From contig OZ316895.1 of the NCBI GenBank assembly GCA_973895155.1, positions 124,001-188,000 of the forward strand: a DNA stretch of 64,000 nucleotides, given 5' to 3'. This document shows, one piece after another, positions 1 through 13,100 of this stretch. The stretch comes from Marsupella aquatica (lineage: Eukaryota > Plantae > Marchantiophyta). A program made the translations under genes and the position numbers. How positions within the stretch are numbered: position 1 is the stretch's first letter; the number at the start of each line of letters is the position of its first letter. The notes under the pieces were generated by a model. It saw nothing but the letters and a program-made list of their open reading frames with translations. It had not been told where the DNA came from and ran no database searches.

Positions 1-732
1 CATAGGTAGATTCGGGCAGGTAGGTTACTGTTAGGTAGATTAGGCTTACGCTGCAAAGAATTAGGCGGATCCACTACCAGGATAAGTACCTGGGCAGCGG
101 GGAGCTCAGGGCCTCTTCTTTAGCAAGTTTTTAGTTTGCACCAGCCGGGCTGGGATCAAGCAATAAGAGAAGCTCTCGGTTAGTCATACCGTGACCTTTT
201 GTATATTCATGTTTCCTCATGCCTAAGAGCTTAATAGAGTTGGCCTCACGGCTTAGTTCGTAGAGCTTGTGTATGAGATGTACTGTTTGTATGGCAAGTG
301 CATGGTATGACTCAGTCAGAAGGAGTCATTTTGCTATTTGTGTGTCGCATTAACTTGTGTGAAGAGTGCCCACATCAACCAGAAGGAAGGAAAGTAAGCA
401 AGGGAGTGAGAGTTGGATGTGTCGAGCTGAGAGAGGTCTTAGCGGCTTAACCAAGCCTATTGGGGATCATTCCGGCGGCGGAATCCAAACATACCTAACC
501 AGAAGGAGAGGAAGACAAGGGAAGGCCTAGATTAGGCCGGCTACGTATCTCATGACCCGATGAAGGATCTGTCCAGTATATGTGTGTAAAAGGCTAATAG
601 TAATAGTAGAAGGAGGTTAGCAGCGTCCCATGCCGCTAAGCCGCGGAAACGGCCTCGCCAAGCACGAAACCTGCGGGAATCGGCTTGAGCTGGGGGGTTT
701 CTTGGGTTTAGGGAGCCATGGGACGCACCACA
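1..732 (+). mobile_element. 3' part of a long Ty3/gypsy LTR (element D), inserted antisense into the integrase C-terminus of element A
   Basis: Matches 14119-14856 and ends ...GGGACGCACCACA at 732. It has no PBS after it and abuts integrase sequence directly, so it is a 3' or solo LTR end. Confidence 0.9.
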
Positions 733-1741
733 CTTCTCCCGTAATGTTGGCCAATTGTACGGAGCCATTGGAGAACTTCATGGTTACTCTAAAGGGTCCT
801 AACTAGCGAGTGTAAAGCTTCCCTGGAAACCTACTATACCTACTGTCATAAAGTAATACAAGATCACCAGTGTGAATACTAACTTCTTTCAACTCTTTAT
901 CATATTGCTGCTTCATGATATTCTGTCTATATTCTACTCTCTCGGCTGAAATCATTCTCGCCTCTTCTAAAGCTTCTAACCTATATTCTCGCTCCTTTAG
1001 GCTCTCCTCCGCTGAGGCTCTTTCCTCAATTGTAACTTGAAATGTCGGTATCTCAAGTTGCATGGGTACCAGGGCTTCTTGTCCAAAGGTTAAGGAGAAG
1101 GGTGTATGACCGGTAGTGGTTTTATAGGCTAAATTATAAGCAAAAACAGCAGCAAATAATTTATCATCCCAATCGAGTTTATTCTGAGCTACTGTCTTGT
1201 TCAATATCTTTCCTATAATTCCGTTTGCTCGTTCTGTCAACCCATTTGCCTTTGGATGGTAGGGAGTAGTAGGCCTATGTCTAACTAAATACTGCTCATT
1301 TAAACGACTAATTATATCATTCAGAAAATGGTTTCCTCTATCACTAACTAATTCTAGGGGTGCACCATACCTGGTGAAGATCTGCTCATACATGAATCTA
1401 GCCGTAGTAATTGCATCATCCTTCATGGTCGGTCTGGCCTCTACCCATTTAGTTGCATAATCCGTAGCCAGGATTATATACTTGTTTTGTCGGGGGTGGG
1501 TCAGTGGTTTCAGAGGTCCGATGTAATCAATACCCCACTTCTCGAATGGTGCCAGAGGTAGAATAGGGTGCAGTGGATGTCTGGTGGACGCCCTTGGTCC
1601 TCCCGTTCGTTGACAAGGATCGCATTGTTTGATAAACTGATAGACATCCTTGTGCAAGGTGGGCCACCAGTAACCGGCATTTAATATCTTTTTAGACGTG
1701 GTTACTAGGGCAAAATGTCCGCCGGCTTCTTCTCCATACAT
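733..1741 (-). pseudogene. Integrase of element A
   Basis: Motifs HF...GYWWP...CDPCQ (zinc finger), WGIDYIGP, SDRGNHF and NGLTERAN (DDE core). The GPF motif KLYTR*LGPF has an in-frame stop at 803. Confidence 0.92.
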
Positions 1742-1753
1742 AGCCCGTAAGAC

Positions 1754-3694
1754 TCATTTTACCTCTCCCTTTTCTAAACACCTTTGAATCGTGCCGTTGA
1801 TTCCATGCTTGTGCAGTATGCCTTTAATGCACTGATACTGTCTGACCTTCCGCAAAAAGACTGCGGCTTGTTCTCGGCTTAATCCTGGCTGTAATCTGGA
1901 AGTGCTGAGAAATTGTAAAATCTCAGGGTACCATGTATCAGCTAATTCCACAACGAATAGTTCCTCGTCGGGGAATCGATCATCGATGCAATCCGTGGCA
2001 GGTTCACCTGTGATTCTTGAAAAGAAGTCGGCATTGGCGTGTAATTTTCCCGACTTGATCCTCAGCTCATAGTCAAACTCCTGTAATAGCAAAATCCATC
2101 TTGCTACTCTGCCTGTAAGGTCCGGTTTATTGACTAGGTACTTCAAACTTTCATGATCAGTATGAAAGATTACCTTGTACCCTAGTAAATAATGCCTAAA
2201 CTTTTTACAGGAATAAATGACTCCTAATGCTTCTCTCTCTGTGGTGGAGTAGTTCCGTTCGGCATCGGCAAGCTGACGGCTTGCAAAGTATATGGGATGG
2301 TCCCTTCCTTTCTCATCCAACTGACTTAGGACTGAGCCGATACAGAAGCCCGAGACATCTACAAAAACATGAAAATCTTTGTTCCAGTCCGGTGCTATCA
2401 TGACTGGGGCCTCTACCAACATCTGCTTCAATTCTACCACCGCTGTGACTCGTTCGGGTGTGGGTTCGAAGTCTGCTCCTGCCTTGAGCATGTTGGTTAA
2501 TGGTAAAGCTAGTTTGGCAAAATCCTTGATGAACCGGCGATAGTAACCAATGCATCCCAAGAAGGATCTTACATCCTTTATGTTCTTAGGTTGCATGATA
2601 TCTAGCCATACTGCTAGCTTACCTTTGTCAATCTCAATGCCCTTCCTTGATACCTTGTGACCTAGTAGCACCCCCTCGGTTACTGCAAAGAAACATTTAT
2701 CTGGGTGTAACTTGAGACCTACCTCTCTGCATCTCATGAAGGTTTTCCTGAGGTATTTAGCATGTTTCGATGCCTTCCCGAATACTGCAAAGTCATCAAT
2801 GAAGATTTCCATGAACTTTCTCAAGTAATCATGAAAAATATTTACCATCAATCGTTGGAACATAGCTGGTGCGTTGCAGAGTCCAAACGGCATACGATTG
2901 AAGACATAGATCCCCCATTCCGTGATGAAGGCCGTCTTGATTTGGTCTTCCTGCCGAATCCTGATTTGGTTATAACCAGAGTACCCATCCATGAATGAAT
3001 ATAGTTCATGACTGGCTACCATGTCTAGTACCATATCAGTAAAGGGTAAGGGAAAATGGTCTTTTAACGTCGCTTCATTCAGTTTCCTGTAATCCTGACA
3101 AACCCGGATCTTGGGTTTACCATCGGGTCCAGCTTTCTTGGGAACTATCACAATTGGAGACACCCAGTCTGAATGCAGGACTGGAGTGATGAATCCAGCT
3201 TCCACTAGTTTGTCGATTTCCGTTTTGACCAGCAGGGAATACTTCGGGTTCATCCTTCGAATTGGTTGTCGAAATGATTTGGCCCCTAACATGAGATCGA
3301 TTCGGTGTTCTCCTAGTTTTGGGTCTACTCCCTTCAGATCTTGGTGACTCCATGCAAACACATCCTGAAATTCAATCAGTAAGTCACTGATATCTTTCTC
3401 AAGCTCAGGTGCTAGGTCTCTCCCTAAGTTTAGTTCCCTCCCTTCTCCTAAGTCGAGCTTCCGATATTGCCGCGCTTGGATCATATTAATCTGCTTCTTC
3501 AAATTCGGGTCCAGCTTGGCTTCGAGTCTCTCCAGTCTCATACCTCCATAAACTGGAATCTCGGCTGTACTAGCCGAATCAGTTTCTCCCTTGGTGCCCA
3601 CAGACTGTCCCCTTGCCGGCCTATGCGGTTTTGAATTGGTAGTCGGCTTCCCTTCCTGACTTGGCTCTGGATTCTGTCTGTGCATCTCATCCAC
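1754..3694 (-). pseudogene. Reverse transcriptase and RNase H of element A
   Basis: Motifs WVSPIVIVPKK, RVCQDYRKLN, MDGYSGYNQI, MPFGLCNAPAMFQR and FIDDF; RNase H motifs VFVDVSG, NYSTTEREAL and TDHESL. Separated from the integrase by a TGA. Confidence 0.95.
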
Positions 3695-3794
3695 CTCTTG
3701 CTCCTGAGGGTCAGGCCGCTGTGCTCTCCCGCTTCTAATAGGGCCTCAATTTGTTCTGCCCTTGTAATCGGCTTGTATGCCGATCCCTTGGTAT

Positions 3795-5660
3795 TTAATT
3801 CCTTGCCGATGATCGATGGCGTTGTGGACCCCGTCGGCTCTGCCACAACGCCTGCAGAAAATCCACTGTCCCTGCTACTGCTCCCCACTTAGCCGTTTCA
3901 TCCAATTGGTCTACATCCTTTACTTCCTCCGGAATTCCAGCTAAAAAGGTGGATTCTATTGTAAAGCAGTCCTCGACCTCTTCGTCTTCTTCTTCCAAGT
4001 CACCTTTCATTGGTTCTTGCCATAATTCGCTGGGGGGTACCTCTGGTCCAAAGACACTTTCTTCGGTTAGGTCAGTGAGGCATTCTAACCAACGTACTTC
4101 ATCAGCTGACTCCAGTCCACTGTCGTACCGGTCTACCTCCCTGATGCTTCTTCTGCTGTCATCCTTGGTATCCCAGGATACCGTGATAGAGGGGGTCCCG
4201 AAAGTGAACTGCTTTTTACCCCAATCTTCTATTACCTCGGCTAGGTACAGCCATGGCCTGCCAATTAATAGCCGAAACGACGTAGGGTTTACCGGCTTCA
4301 TTACTACATAGTTAATGCTAAAGAAGATACCTCCTATCTCTGTCTTGATGTCGGTTAACACTCCCGTGGGAATGACCTGATACCCATTGGCCATGTTTAG
4401 CACTCTTCCAGTCATCTCCGGTGTTAGACCCCATCCTTTTGCTGTTGAATCAATCATGATACATACCCCGGATCCTCCATCAATGGGTACCCGTAGTAAT
4501 ATTTCTCCTTGAATCATTAATGGTAAAGTTGGGGCTCCTTGATCTTCTTCTATCATCAGCACGTCGGATTTGGTTGCTACCTTGGGTAATCTCGGCTTGA
4601 CGAGAATAGCCTTCCTTAATTGCTTCCGGAAGTATGGGCTATTTTTCAATAGTTGACCAACTGTTGCCGAGACTCTAGACTCTAGCACATCTTTAGCCAG
4701 GTCATAGGGAACAATCGGCTTCTCCTCCGGTGGTGTTTCCATCTTGGATTCGGCCTGTTTTGCCACGCTAGTCTCCACAGCTGTTGGATCCTCCGAAGCA
4801 AACAATGCTTTTGCTCGTTTCACATCCTTGGCAATGGCTTTGGTATTCTCCAGGGTTTCTAATTCTCTCAGTTGTTCCTTAACACTAGCCGTAACAGAGG
4901 GGTAGAACAACTTAAGATGATCTCGATTGAAGTCGCTATCTTGTGAAGGATTGGGTTCACTGGTGGGCTCATGGCTTACCTGTATTGCCGGAGCCCTCCC
5001 TTCTCCTTCCGTTGATGTTGACGAAGAGTCGATCTTTTCTTCCTGGACCTTCCCTTTATTTTTGGCCAGCCCATCCCACCTTTCCTTCCTTCTGGTAGAT
5101 CGAGTAGAGACCTGGTAGCAATCATGATCTAAATCCTCTTCTGAGAAGGTTGATAGGGCTTCGACCTCATCATCAGATGGTACGAACTCTGCCTCGGCAT
5201 CCTCTTGCCATCCTAGTTCGATGTGGTTGATTTGAACTCCTCCAAGGGTAGTACCTGGCGGTAAGACCTTAACTGGCAAGAGCTTATGATTTGTGGCCAG
5301 GCCTGCCACCCAAGTAGGACATTGCCCTAGCATATGACCTTCTTGTCGGCATCCCATACATAGCTGAGTTGGTTGTCCATCACCCTGTTTGCGTGTATTC
5401 GGGCACTCTCTAGCAAAATGGCCAGGTTGACCACAGTTATAGCATGCCGCAAATCTCTGCACATTCGGCCTAGGGGGTACTGACGGGTTCTGAATAATCC
5501 GAGGATACATCTCTCCTGGATTGTTCCTTAATCCTGACCACAGAGATGCAGGTCTGTTGGATAGGTCTCGTGCTCCAGTCTCACTGATGCCGAAAACACT
5601 ATCAGCGGCATCTCCTAGAAAGTACTCTACTTCTCCCTGACATGGTCTGATCTCGGCCAC
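3795..5660 (-). pseudogene. Gag C-terminus and aspartic protease of element A
   Basis: CCHC knuckles CYNCGQPGHFARECP and CMGCRQEGHMLGQCP; protease motifs VPIDGGSGVCIM and LLIGRPWL. Frameshifted from RT near 3890. Confidence 0.9.
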
Positions 5661-6720
5661 ATGCCGAACATGATTAGTATTAAGTTTAGGACACGCATCT
5701 TTATGGTGTCCGGTTTTATAACATAAGGCACACCATACAGAGCTATCCTCCTATACTACCTTCTTCTTCGGCTTTACCTCTGCAATTATAGCCTTAAGTT
5801 GCTCGGTAAGGGCTACGATGTTATCTGGTGGCTTAGCCTCCAGCTTGACTTTCGTCTTCCCTCTCCTTCTGCCCTTCCTTTTCCTAGTTTTTTCTTCTTC
5901 AGAACTAGAAGATGACTCACTCTTGCTACTTCCACTATCCGAGCTTGAGTTATCACTTCTTGACTTCTTAGAATGTTTCTTCTTCTTATCCTTTTTCTTA
6001 TGGGGTGATCCTTCCTCCGATGAGGAACTCTCAGACTTAAGCTATTTCTTCCGGCTTGTGATATCTGCATTAATGTATAATTGAATATTCTTAATTGCCT
6101 CGGCCAAGGTCTCCGGGTTCTCCTTCCTAATTGCAAAACTCATCTTCTGTGGCAAAGCATTCACCAACCATTGAAGTTTCATACCTTCGGATGCATTGGT
6201 CTTTGTACGTCTTACCAGTTTCTGAAAGCGTTGCAAGAACTTCCTGAAGGATTTGTTCTCCTTGAACCGAAGTCGTCCCAACTTCAGCACTGCTAGTTCT
6301 GAAGTTCCAATGGGTCGAAACTCCTTAACAAAGAGTGTTTTGAAGATATCCCAGATGGCTTTGTGACGCCGCCGGTACGGCGGTTAATGAGTGATTCGGT
6401 CTAACTACGCTCAGCACGCGCGTTAGGAGTGTCTTAGGCCGCTATTATTAGCATAACGACAGTATTTAGGTAATCATTATGGGTAAGACATCATTAGGCA
6501 ATAAGGGGGAATTCAGGTTCGGACTGGCGGCGGGTCGCTATTTGCACACCCGGGTTACGAGCATGGAGGGGCCCCTCCCTCGGGTCCGTATAACGAACTT
6601 AAGGAAGCGGCCACTGACACGCGCTGACTCAGACCGGCGGAGTGGCCGGTACACCACAAGCGTGAGCGGTTCAGCCTATGGGCGTCTAGGAGACGTCAGA
6701 GGATCGACAAGCCCTCAAGG

Positions 6721-6728
6721 TATAAAAG
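6721..6728 (+). promoter_or_regulatory. TATA box of solo LTR C
   Basis: TATAAAAG followed by GGG, typical of gypsy LTR promoters, about 108 bp upstream of the ATG at 6829. Confidence 0.65.
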
Positions 6729-6828
6729 GGGAGCCAACCCTTTGTAGTGCACCAGTCCATCAGTCCACGCGCCAACTTCGACCCCAGCTCTCTTGTTCGC
6801 TCTAAGTCGCCACTACTATCTCCTCTGA

Positions 6829-8337
6829 ATGTCGCACACGATCCTCTCCAGCTCGGCCATTCGATTCTGGACGCAGTTCCTATCTACCGGAAGGCACTTG
6901 GCCGAATCATTGAAACACGCCAACCCGCGCCGATACGAAATCGAACGCGAGTACGAGAGAGCCATCCGCCTAGCAGGACGACACCACTACATCCTTAACT
7001 TTGACTACCCATCTCAGAGCGAGCTTTACCGACCAGCAGAGGTATCTGGGTACTTCTTCAACGGAGACAAATATATCAGGTTCTGGGAAGCATTGCTTCG
7101 GCTTCCGGACGAGGTCTTCAATATCCCGGGTACGATCGACTTGCAACGACATCACTTTGACCACATCCCTGCTCAGGTTCGGGCTATCATCAACAGCGAG
7201 TCCAGCACTACCCGTTCGACAAGGTTGTCTGCACTCGCTTCGGAGAACTTCTACCAGCACCTACAGAGCTTCAGGGGAACTCGGCCATCAACCAATATGA
7301 CCAACTCAGCCGTACCCGTACCCGTACCCATACAACCTCAGGTTCAGCTTCAGCTTCAGCCTCAGCCGCAGTCTAGCCAAACCCCACCACCGATCGCCCA
7401 GCCAGCACAAGTACGCTCCGTCATCAACGCTGTGGATCTTAGCGATGATGACAAGGCTACCCCACCCTTGACCAGGCGGCCCAGAGGAACCAGCGCTCAG
7501 GGGGCCAACACTATATCGTCCCCACCCCCTGCTCTGACCCCAAGAGCGGCCCCGGCAGACAACATGGTGATCGTGGCTGACCCAGGCCCGTTACTAACGG
7601 CAGTGGCACTACCCAGGCCCGATCGAGAGGATGGGGAGGTGTCACCTTCCCCGAGCCAGTCACGGGGGAAGAAGAGGAAGGAATCCGCCACTGCATCCGG
7701 GTTACCGTTGGCCACGGTAGCCGTAGCCAAGGTGACGATGCACCGCATGGGGGAAAATGTTCACAAAAACATCCTCCATCCCAAGCATGCGGTGTACCTG
7801 AAGACTCAGGGATTTGAGCACCTCGCCTCCCTCCCCTGGAACACTTGCAGGTACTACGGGGAGGACATGACGGAGTTCGTCAGGAATTATGACGACGCAC
7901 GTCAACATACTCGGTTGCGGGGAAGGAGTATGTCCCTCACGGAAGAACGGCTTAGGATGATCTTCGGGTTACCCGAAGGTGACCATCGAGTCGAATCACG
8001 GGCTCCCGGGGGCAAGGGAGCCAAGTACCAATCTTCAAGCTTTCCCTCAGAGGGAGCAGTGGACAACGGGTTCGTGATGAGGACCTGTCTCATCCCGGAG
8101 ATAGCTGAGCGACTGGAGTTCCAGAGGTACGCCCTCCACATGATGGAACCACGGGGAGAGATCTCCGCCGCCCAGGTTATCCAGGTCAAGAACTATCGAC
8201 CTAGGAGGTGGGCGTCGTACTTCGCTAAGAAATTCCATGAAGAGATGGAGCGGCAAAGGAAGACGCTGTACATTGGCGGGAAGGCGTATTTCGCTAGCCA
8301 CATCGAGATCATTCTTGAGTGGTACGCTCGGTTTTGA
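6829..8337 (+). CDS. 502-aa LTR-encoded accessory protein (ATHILA-ORF/Transposase_32-like domain, P/Q-rich linker, basic putative NLS)
   Basis: Uninterrupted ORF. Its segment GFEHLASLPW...MTEFVRNY...RLRGRSMSLTEERLRMIFGLP...DNGF...LEF...LH aligns by eye with 10303-13935. Contains RGKKRK. Confidence 0.75.
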   Translation: MSHTILSSSAIRFWTQFLSTGRHLAESLKHANPRRYEIEREYERAIRLAGRHHYILNFDYPSQSELYRPAEVSGYFFNGDKYIRFWEALLRLPDEVFNIPGTIDLQRHHFDHIPAQVRAIINSESSTTRSTRLSALASENFYQHLQSFRGTRPSTNMTNSAVPVPVPIQPQVQLQLQPQPQSSQTPPPIAQPAQVRSVINAVDLSDDDKATPPLTRRPRGTSAQGANTISSPPPALTPRAAPADNMVIVADPGPLLTAVALPRPDREDGEVSPSPSQSRGKKRKESATASGLPLATVAVAKVTMHRMGENVHKNILHPKHAVYLKTQGFEHLASLPWNTCRYYGEDMTEFVRNYDDARQHTRLRGRSMSLTEERLRMIFGLPEGDHRVESRAPGGKGAKYQSSSFPSEGAVDNGFVMRTCLIPEIAERLEFQRYALHMMEPRGEISAAQVIQVKNYRPRRWASYFAKKFHEEMERQRKTLYIGGKAYFASHIEIILEWYARF

Positions 8338-9591
8338 TCGACGAACCCTTCCCCGTGTCAACGTTACAAAGCTGGTCCCAGCTAGGTGGGTTTTCCCGGC
8401 CTTGGAGAGACGGCCCCAACCCGAGGCCCGAAGTCCAGCGGACACGCCAGCTTCACCCACCCCACCTCCACAGGTAGCTGTAGTCATAACCGAGGAGGTA
8501 CCAGATGGGTCCCGACCTCTGGGAATGAAAGAGTACCAAGGGGGGGGTAGGACTAAGCTCGTCGGGCGAGTGCGGAGCCGGGCTCCGTTGTAGTGTGGAC
8601 CCTCGGCCTTGAACCTGTTCATTCCGGGGCTGTCGGGTCAACTAAGTGTACGCATATGTTCCCTTTGTAGTAAAATCCTTTCCCATCATTTTCCTTCGTG
8701 TAAATTGAGATTGTATGCATGTGCGCGTGTATGTGTGTGGGTTTCTCGTATATGGGTGGAGGTGCCAGGCCGAACGCACTACCCGAGACGTGCACAGGGT
8801 GCAGCCTGCGGGTAAGTGGTTGCGAGCACAGGTTGAGGACCTGTATCATCGAATCTGGATCAAAGGCGGACAGCACGAAGTCTTAGAAGCCCTTAAGCCG
8901 GGGTCAATCCTACTATCGACTAAGGTACGTTCCGGCGGCGGAACACAAACCATACCTAGGAGGTGTTCGTATTTAGCAGTATGGGCACTTAGCGCTAGTT
9001 TACGAGAATAAGGTGCATTACGTGCTTCCCTTCCTGCCCGAACCCTCAGATTTACGAGGGATGTGCCCGTCTAAGCTGAAGTCTGAGTTAAGGCCGAAGC
9101 CGACGACGTGATAGGCTTGATCTTCCACATCTAATGCTCTGTCCAAGGCCTAGCCTCACCCTTGAACAGGCCGGGAAGAATCTGCATCTTGATGGCCGAT
9201 TCTCCATTTGCTGCAGCGGTTCCCTCGAAATCATCCAACCATTCGTCTGGATCCTCATCTCCTCTCCCATGAAATGCCTTGTAATGAATGCGCGACCGTT
9301 GGCTCAGTCTGGTCCCTGGCCTCTCGTCTGGCCGTGCCTCTGGTTCCCCCATGTTGGTTGGGTACTCGTTTCTTCCTACCGACTCTTCTTCTGGTATGTC
9401 TTCTTCGACGCCACTTCCAGCTTCGGAGCTACCAGCTCTTTCTGCCCCTCTCAGTCGTTGTGTATCATGCCACTCGGCGAGCTGCTGCAGTCGAGCTCTC
9501 TCCCGTTGAATCACTCTTTCTTCCCTCGGCGTAAGGTCAGTCATTACCTACGCTTCCTTTCTAACTTCATATCTCACGGCTTAAGAAATGC

Positions 9592-9609
9592 CCCCTCCAT
9601 CTAGCGCCA
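9592..9609 (-). promoter_or_regulatory. Primer-binding site of element A (tRNA-Asn type)
   Basis: TGGCGCTAGATGGAGGGG lies 4 nt from the LTR end and matches the plant tRNA-Asn 3' end as I recall it (one mismatch). Confidence 0.8.
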
Positions 9610-9613
9610 AAAA

Positions 9614-10187
9614 TGTGGTGCGTCCCATGGCTCCCTAAACCCAAGAAACCCCCCAGCTCAAGCCGATTCCCGCAGGTTTCGCGCTTGGCGAGGCCATTTC
9701 CGCGGCTTAGCGGCATGGGACGCTGCTAACCTCCTTCTACTATTACTATTAGCCTTTTACACACATATACTGGACAGATCCTTCATCGGGTCATGAGATA
9801 CGTAGCCGGCCTAATCTAGGCCTTCCCTTGTCTTCCTCTCCTTCTGGTTAGGTATGTTTGGATTCCGCCGCCGGAATGATCCCCAATAGGCTTGGTTAAG
9901 TCGCTAAGACCTCTCTCAGCTCGACACATCCAACTCTCACTCCCTTGCTTACTTTCCTTCCTTCTGGTTGATGTGGGCACTCTTCACACAAGTTAATGCG
10001 ACACACAAATAGCAAAATGACTCCTTCTGACTGAGTCATACCATGCACTTGCCATACAAACAGTACATCTCATACACAAGCTCTGCGAACTAAGCCGTGA
10101 GGCCAACTCTATTCAGCTCTTAGGCATGAGGAAACATGAATATACACAAGGTCACGGTATGACTAACCGAGAGCTTCTCTTACTACT
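9614..10187 (-). mobile_element. 3' part of the 5' LTR of element A
   Basis: Reverse complement of about 14276-14856, cut at 10187 by insertion of element B. Confidence 0.9.
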
Positions 10188-13100
10188 TGTGATGCCTAGA
10201 CAGGAATCACTCGGCCGGTTAAGTGGGTAAAGCAGGAAGGCACCCTAGGAACACCTTAGTATAGGGACAAAACAAGGAAAATATAAACAATTAGGGGCAA
10301 CCATGGAACCCGGGCCGAGGCTGGAGGTAAGGCTGAGGGTGAAAACCCGATTAGGGTTAGGGCGCGTTAAGCGTTGGCGGCTAGGAAGGATCAACGGGAA
10401 GAAGGACCGGCAGAGGAGAGGGGTAAGGAGCGCTTGCAGGAGATGGTGGCTCATTTGCGAGCACGAACTAGGCAGACGACTACGGGAGGCCAACTACTGT
10501 CAGCTGCTTAGGCAAGCACTCGGGGAGAGAGTAGATACCGACGATCGACCTAAGGAGGGTATGAGCAACGTCAATCAAGCGGCACATTTCTGGGGATGCC
10601 TATTCGAACGGGCAACTGAGTACATCAAGACTTACGAGGACGAGGAATCAGAAAGGGCAGCTCGAGAACGGCAGGAGCTCGCTCGATTGTGGGAGCTGCA
10701 GAAGACGGCTTTCTTAGGAGGCGAACTCATCAAGGACGAGTTCCTATGGACGCCTACTTCCAATCAACTCGACGATCTTCTGTTTTGCAAAGACAGCGTC
10801 GTCGGCATCCGAGAGGCCATCAAGAACTGCAACGACATACACTGGGAATTAAAGGGTAGCACGGAAAGGTGGACCCAGGCAACGGTGCTAGGAGAAACCT
10901 CCACGGCAGCAGAGATGAAGAGGAAGGGAGCCGTCAACGATGAAGCCACCCCGGCAAAAAGAACGAGGTCGGCGGCACCAAAGAAGCCAGCCGAGCAGCA
11001 GAGCAGGAGGCAGGGAGAAGCCGAAGAGGAGGAGGTCGATCCCATCAAGGCCATTCCAACCAGGGATGACACCTGGAAGGGCTGGGCGGCAACCCTACCG
11101 GTGGAGGTGCAACTACATTTTGCACGGGAGGAGGATGCATGCTTTACGGCCATGCAGACCAAGAAGTACCAAGGCTTCATGGCCGGATCCGGCTTGGAGG
11201 CCTTTGTAAGATTACCATGGCTGAAGCCGGAGGTACCGGAGTCAGACCTATTAGAATTCGTGGGGTCATGGGAACCCGAGACCAATTGCACGAGGATATA
11301 TGGGAAGGATTTCTATCTTACTCCCAAGGTAATTGCCGAAGTGTTTGGCTTGCCGATAGGCAATAAGACCAAAGTTGATACCAGGAAGACCTTGCCTGAC
11401 AAGGAGTTCCGGTCGTTCCCCGGGCCATCAACGAAGAATGGCTTCTTCCGGAACACCTGCACCAACCCGCACATAGGAGAGATGATCGACTTCTTGCGGG
11501 TGACCATGCATTGTAACTTGCCGAGGGCAGAGATCGGCAAGGCACAGGTCTATCTGGCAGAAAGGCCAGACCCAAGCCGGGACTACAACGGGTACCTCCT
11601 CAACCAATTGAAGAAGATCTTAAAGGAGGAGCAGCAGGTAATCGGCATGGGGAGCGTGTCGCGGCTTGGCTATCACATGCCGCTGTTGTGCCGGTATGCC
11701 AGAGGTCAGACTTTTGCCCCGGTACTTCCCCTGCAGGTAAGGGCACCCGAGGAAGCTCCAACGCCGAGGCCGTTGGCTGAGGAGCCTCAACCACCTGTTA
11801 GTCCTACGATCGAGCAGGTGTTTAGGCCCAGGAAGGAGGACTTGCCGATGCAGCAACCAGGCATGCAGAGTCTGCTGAAACTACTGGAGAAAGAAAAGAA
11901 ATCGGCATCGGCAACAACAACGGCAACGGCAACAATGCAGGACACTACTACAGAGGTAGGCCTACACCGGCTCACAAGAGAAAACCCCTTTGCTGGAGAC
12001 AAGGAGAGAATCAGGCCGGAATCCAAGCCAGGTGTTCGAATGTACGTGGGAACCTCAAGCTCCGAATCTGAGGCAGAATTGCCTGAAGCTCCTACCGACG
12101 AAGAGGAGAGGGAGAAGCCGGACGTCCAAGAGGTAGAGGAGGCAATGGAGGACTGCAGCCATGATAATTCCGGCTATGGGTCGGACCATCACGTTCCAGG
12201 AGTAAGGACCTGTGGCCGGTTTGTCCCCACACTTCCAAGGGTAGTGCGAGGGGACCCCAACCAGCAGAGTAGCCCTGAGTCTCCCCCACCAGATGTTGCT
12301 CCCCCGAGCTTCGACGGCATAAAACAGACGGTGCAGGAATTTCAGGAGCGAATCAAGCAGGAGGAGGAGGCCGCCCTGGCTAAGGAAAAGGATTTACCAG
12401 GAGGAGATTGGCCGGAGGACATCAGGCGGCTAGCCAAAAAAGGAAGCAAACCTCTAGCCACGATTGAAGAGATCCGCAGGACGGCTTGGGAGCAGAGGCC
12501 GCGATGGGCGATGCCGATCACTTCTACTTACTCCACCTACGCTAAGAATAGAGCCATGGAGTATGGTGAGATGTGTGGGGAACTTGCGCTCGGCATCTTT
12601 GGAGAGGAGTTGGAGGTAGGACCCTTTTTCCATAGGGAGCAGTTGGAGAAGCACCAATTAGAAGAAGCGATGGCTTTAGAGAGAAGCAAGAAGGACGAGG
12701 TCATTCGGCGGCTTAGGAGGATGGAAGCCGAGATTGAAGATCTAAGGGCGGCCAAGAAAGCCCAAGATGAACTGCGGATTAAACGACATGAGTTGAACAT
12801 CATGCAGGGGCAGTTGGACACCGCGCAGGCTGATAATCAGAATATCAAGGATAAACTGACTCAGACGCAGGGAGAGTTGGCCGACGCGATCAAAGAGAGG
12901 GAGAAGTGGAAGCAAGAGCTGAAGAATACAGAGGAGGCCCACATAACAGCCAACAGCCGGGCCATGGCGGAGACCCAAAGAAAGGAATGGGCGTTGAAAG
13001 GGGAGCTCGAGAAAATCCGCGGAGCCCTTGAGCAGAAGGAGGCCGAGTTAGGGAAATCCTATCAAGGGATTATGGCGCTGCAGCAGGAGCTTGCGTCCCT

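Larger units (their letters stand above)
6362..9113 (+). mobile_element. Solo LTR C, 2752 bp, protein-coding
   Basis: Starts TGTGACGCC and ends GACGTGATA; the related copy at 30651 ends GTGACA. Flanked by a perfect 5-bp TSD GGCTT (6357-6361 and 9114-9118). Host gag resumes exactly after the TSD. Confidence 0.9.
5661..9544 (-). pseudogene. Gag N-terminal/capsid part of element A, split by the solo LTR at 6362-9113
   Basis: 9114-9544 and 5661-6361 join to match the uninterrupted gag at 14926-16060 (FHGRGDEDPDEWLDDFE...WDIFKTLFVKEF). Premature stops near 6042 and 5751. Confidence 0.9.
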
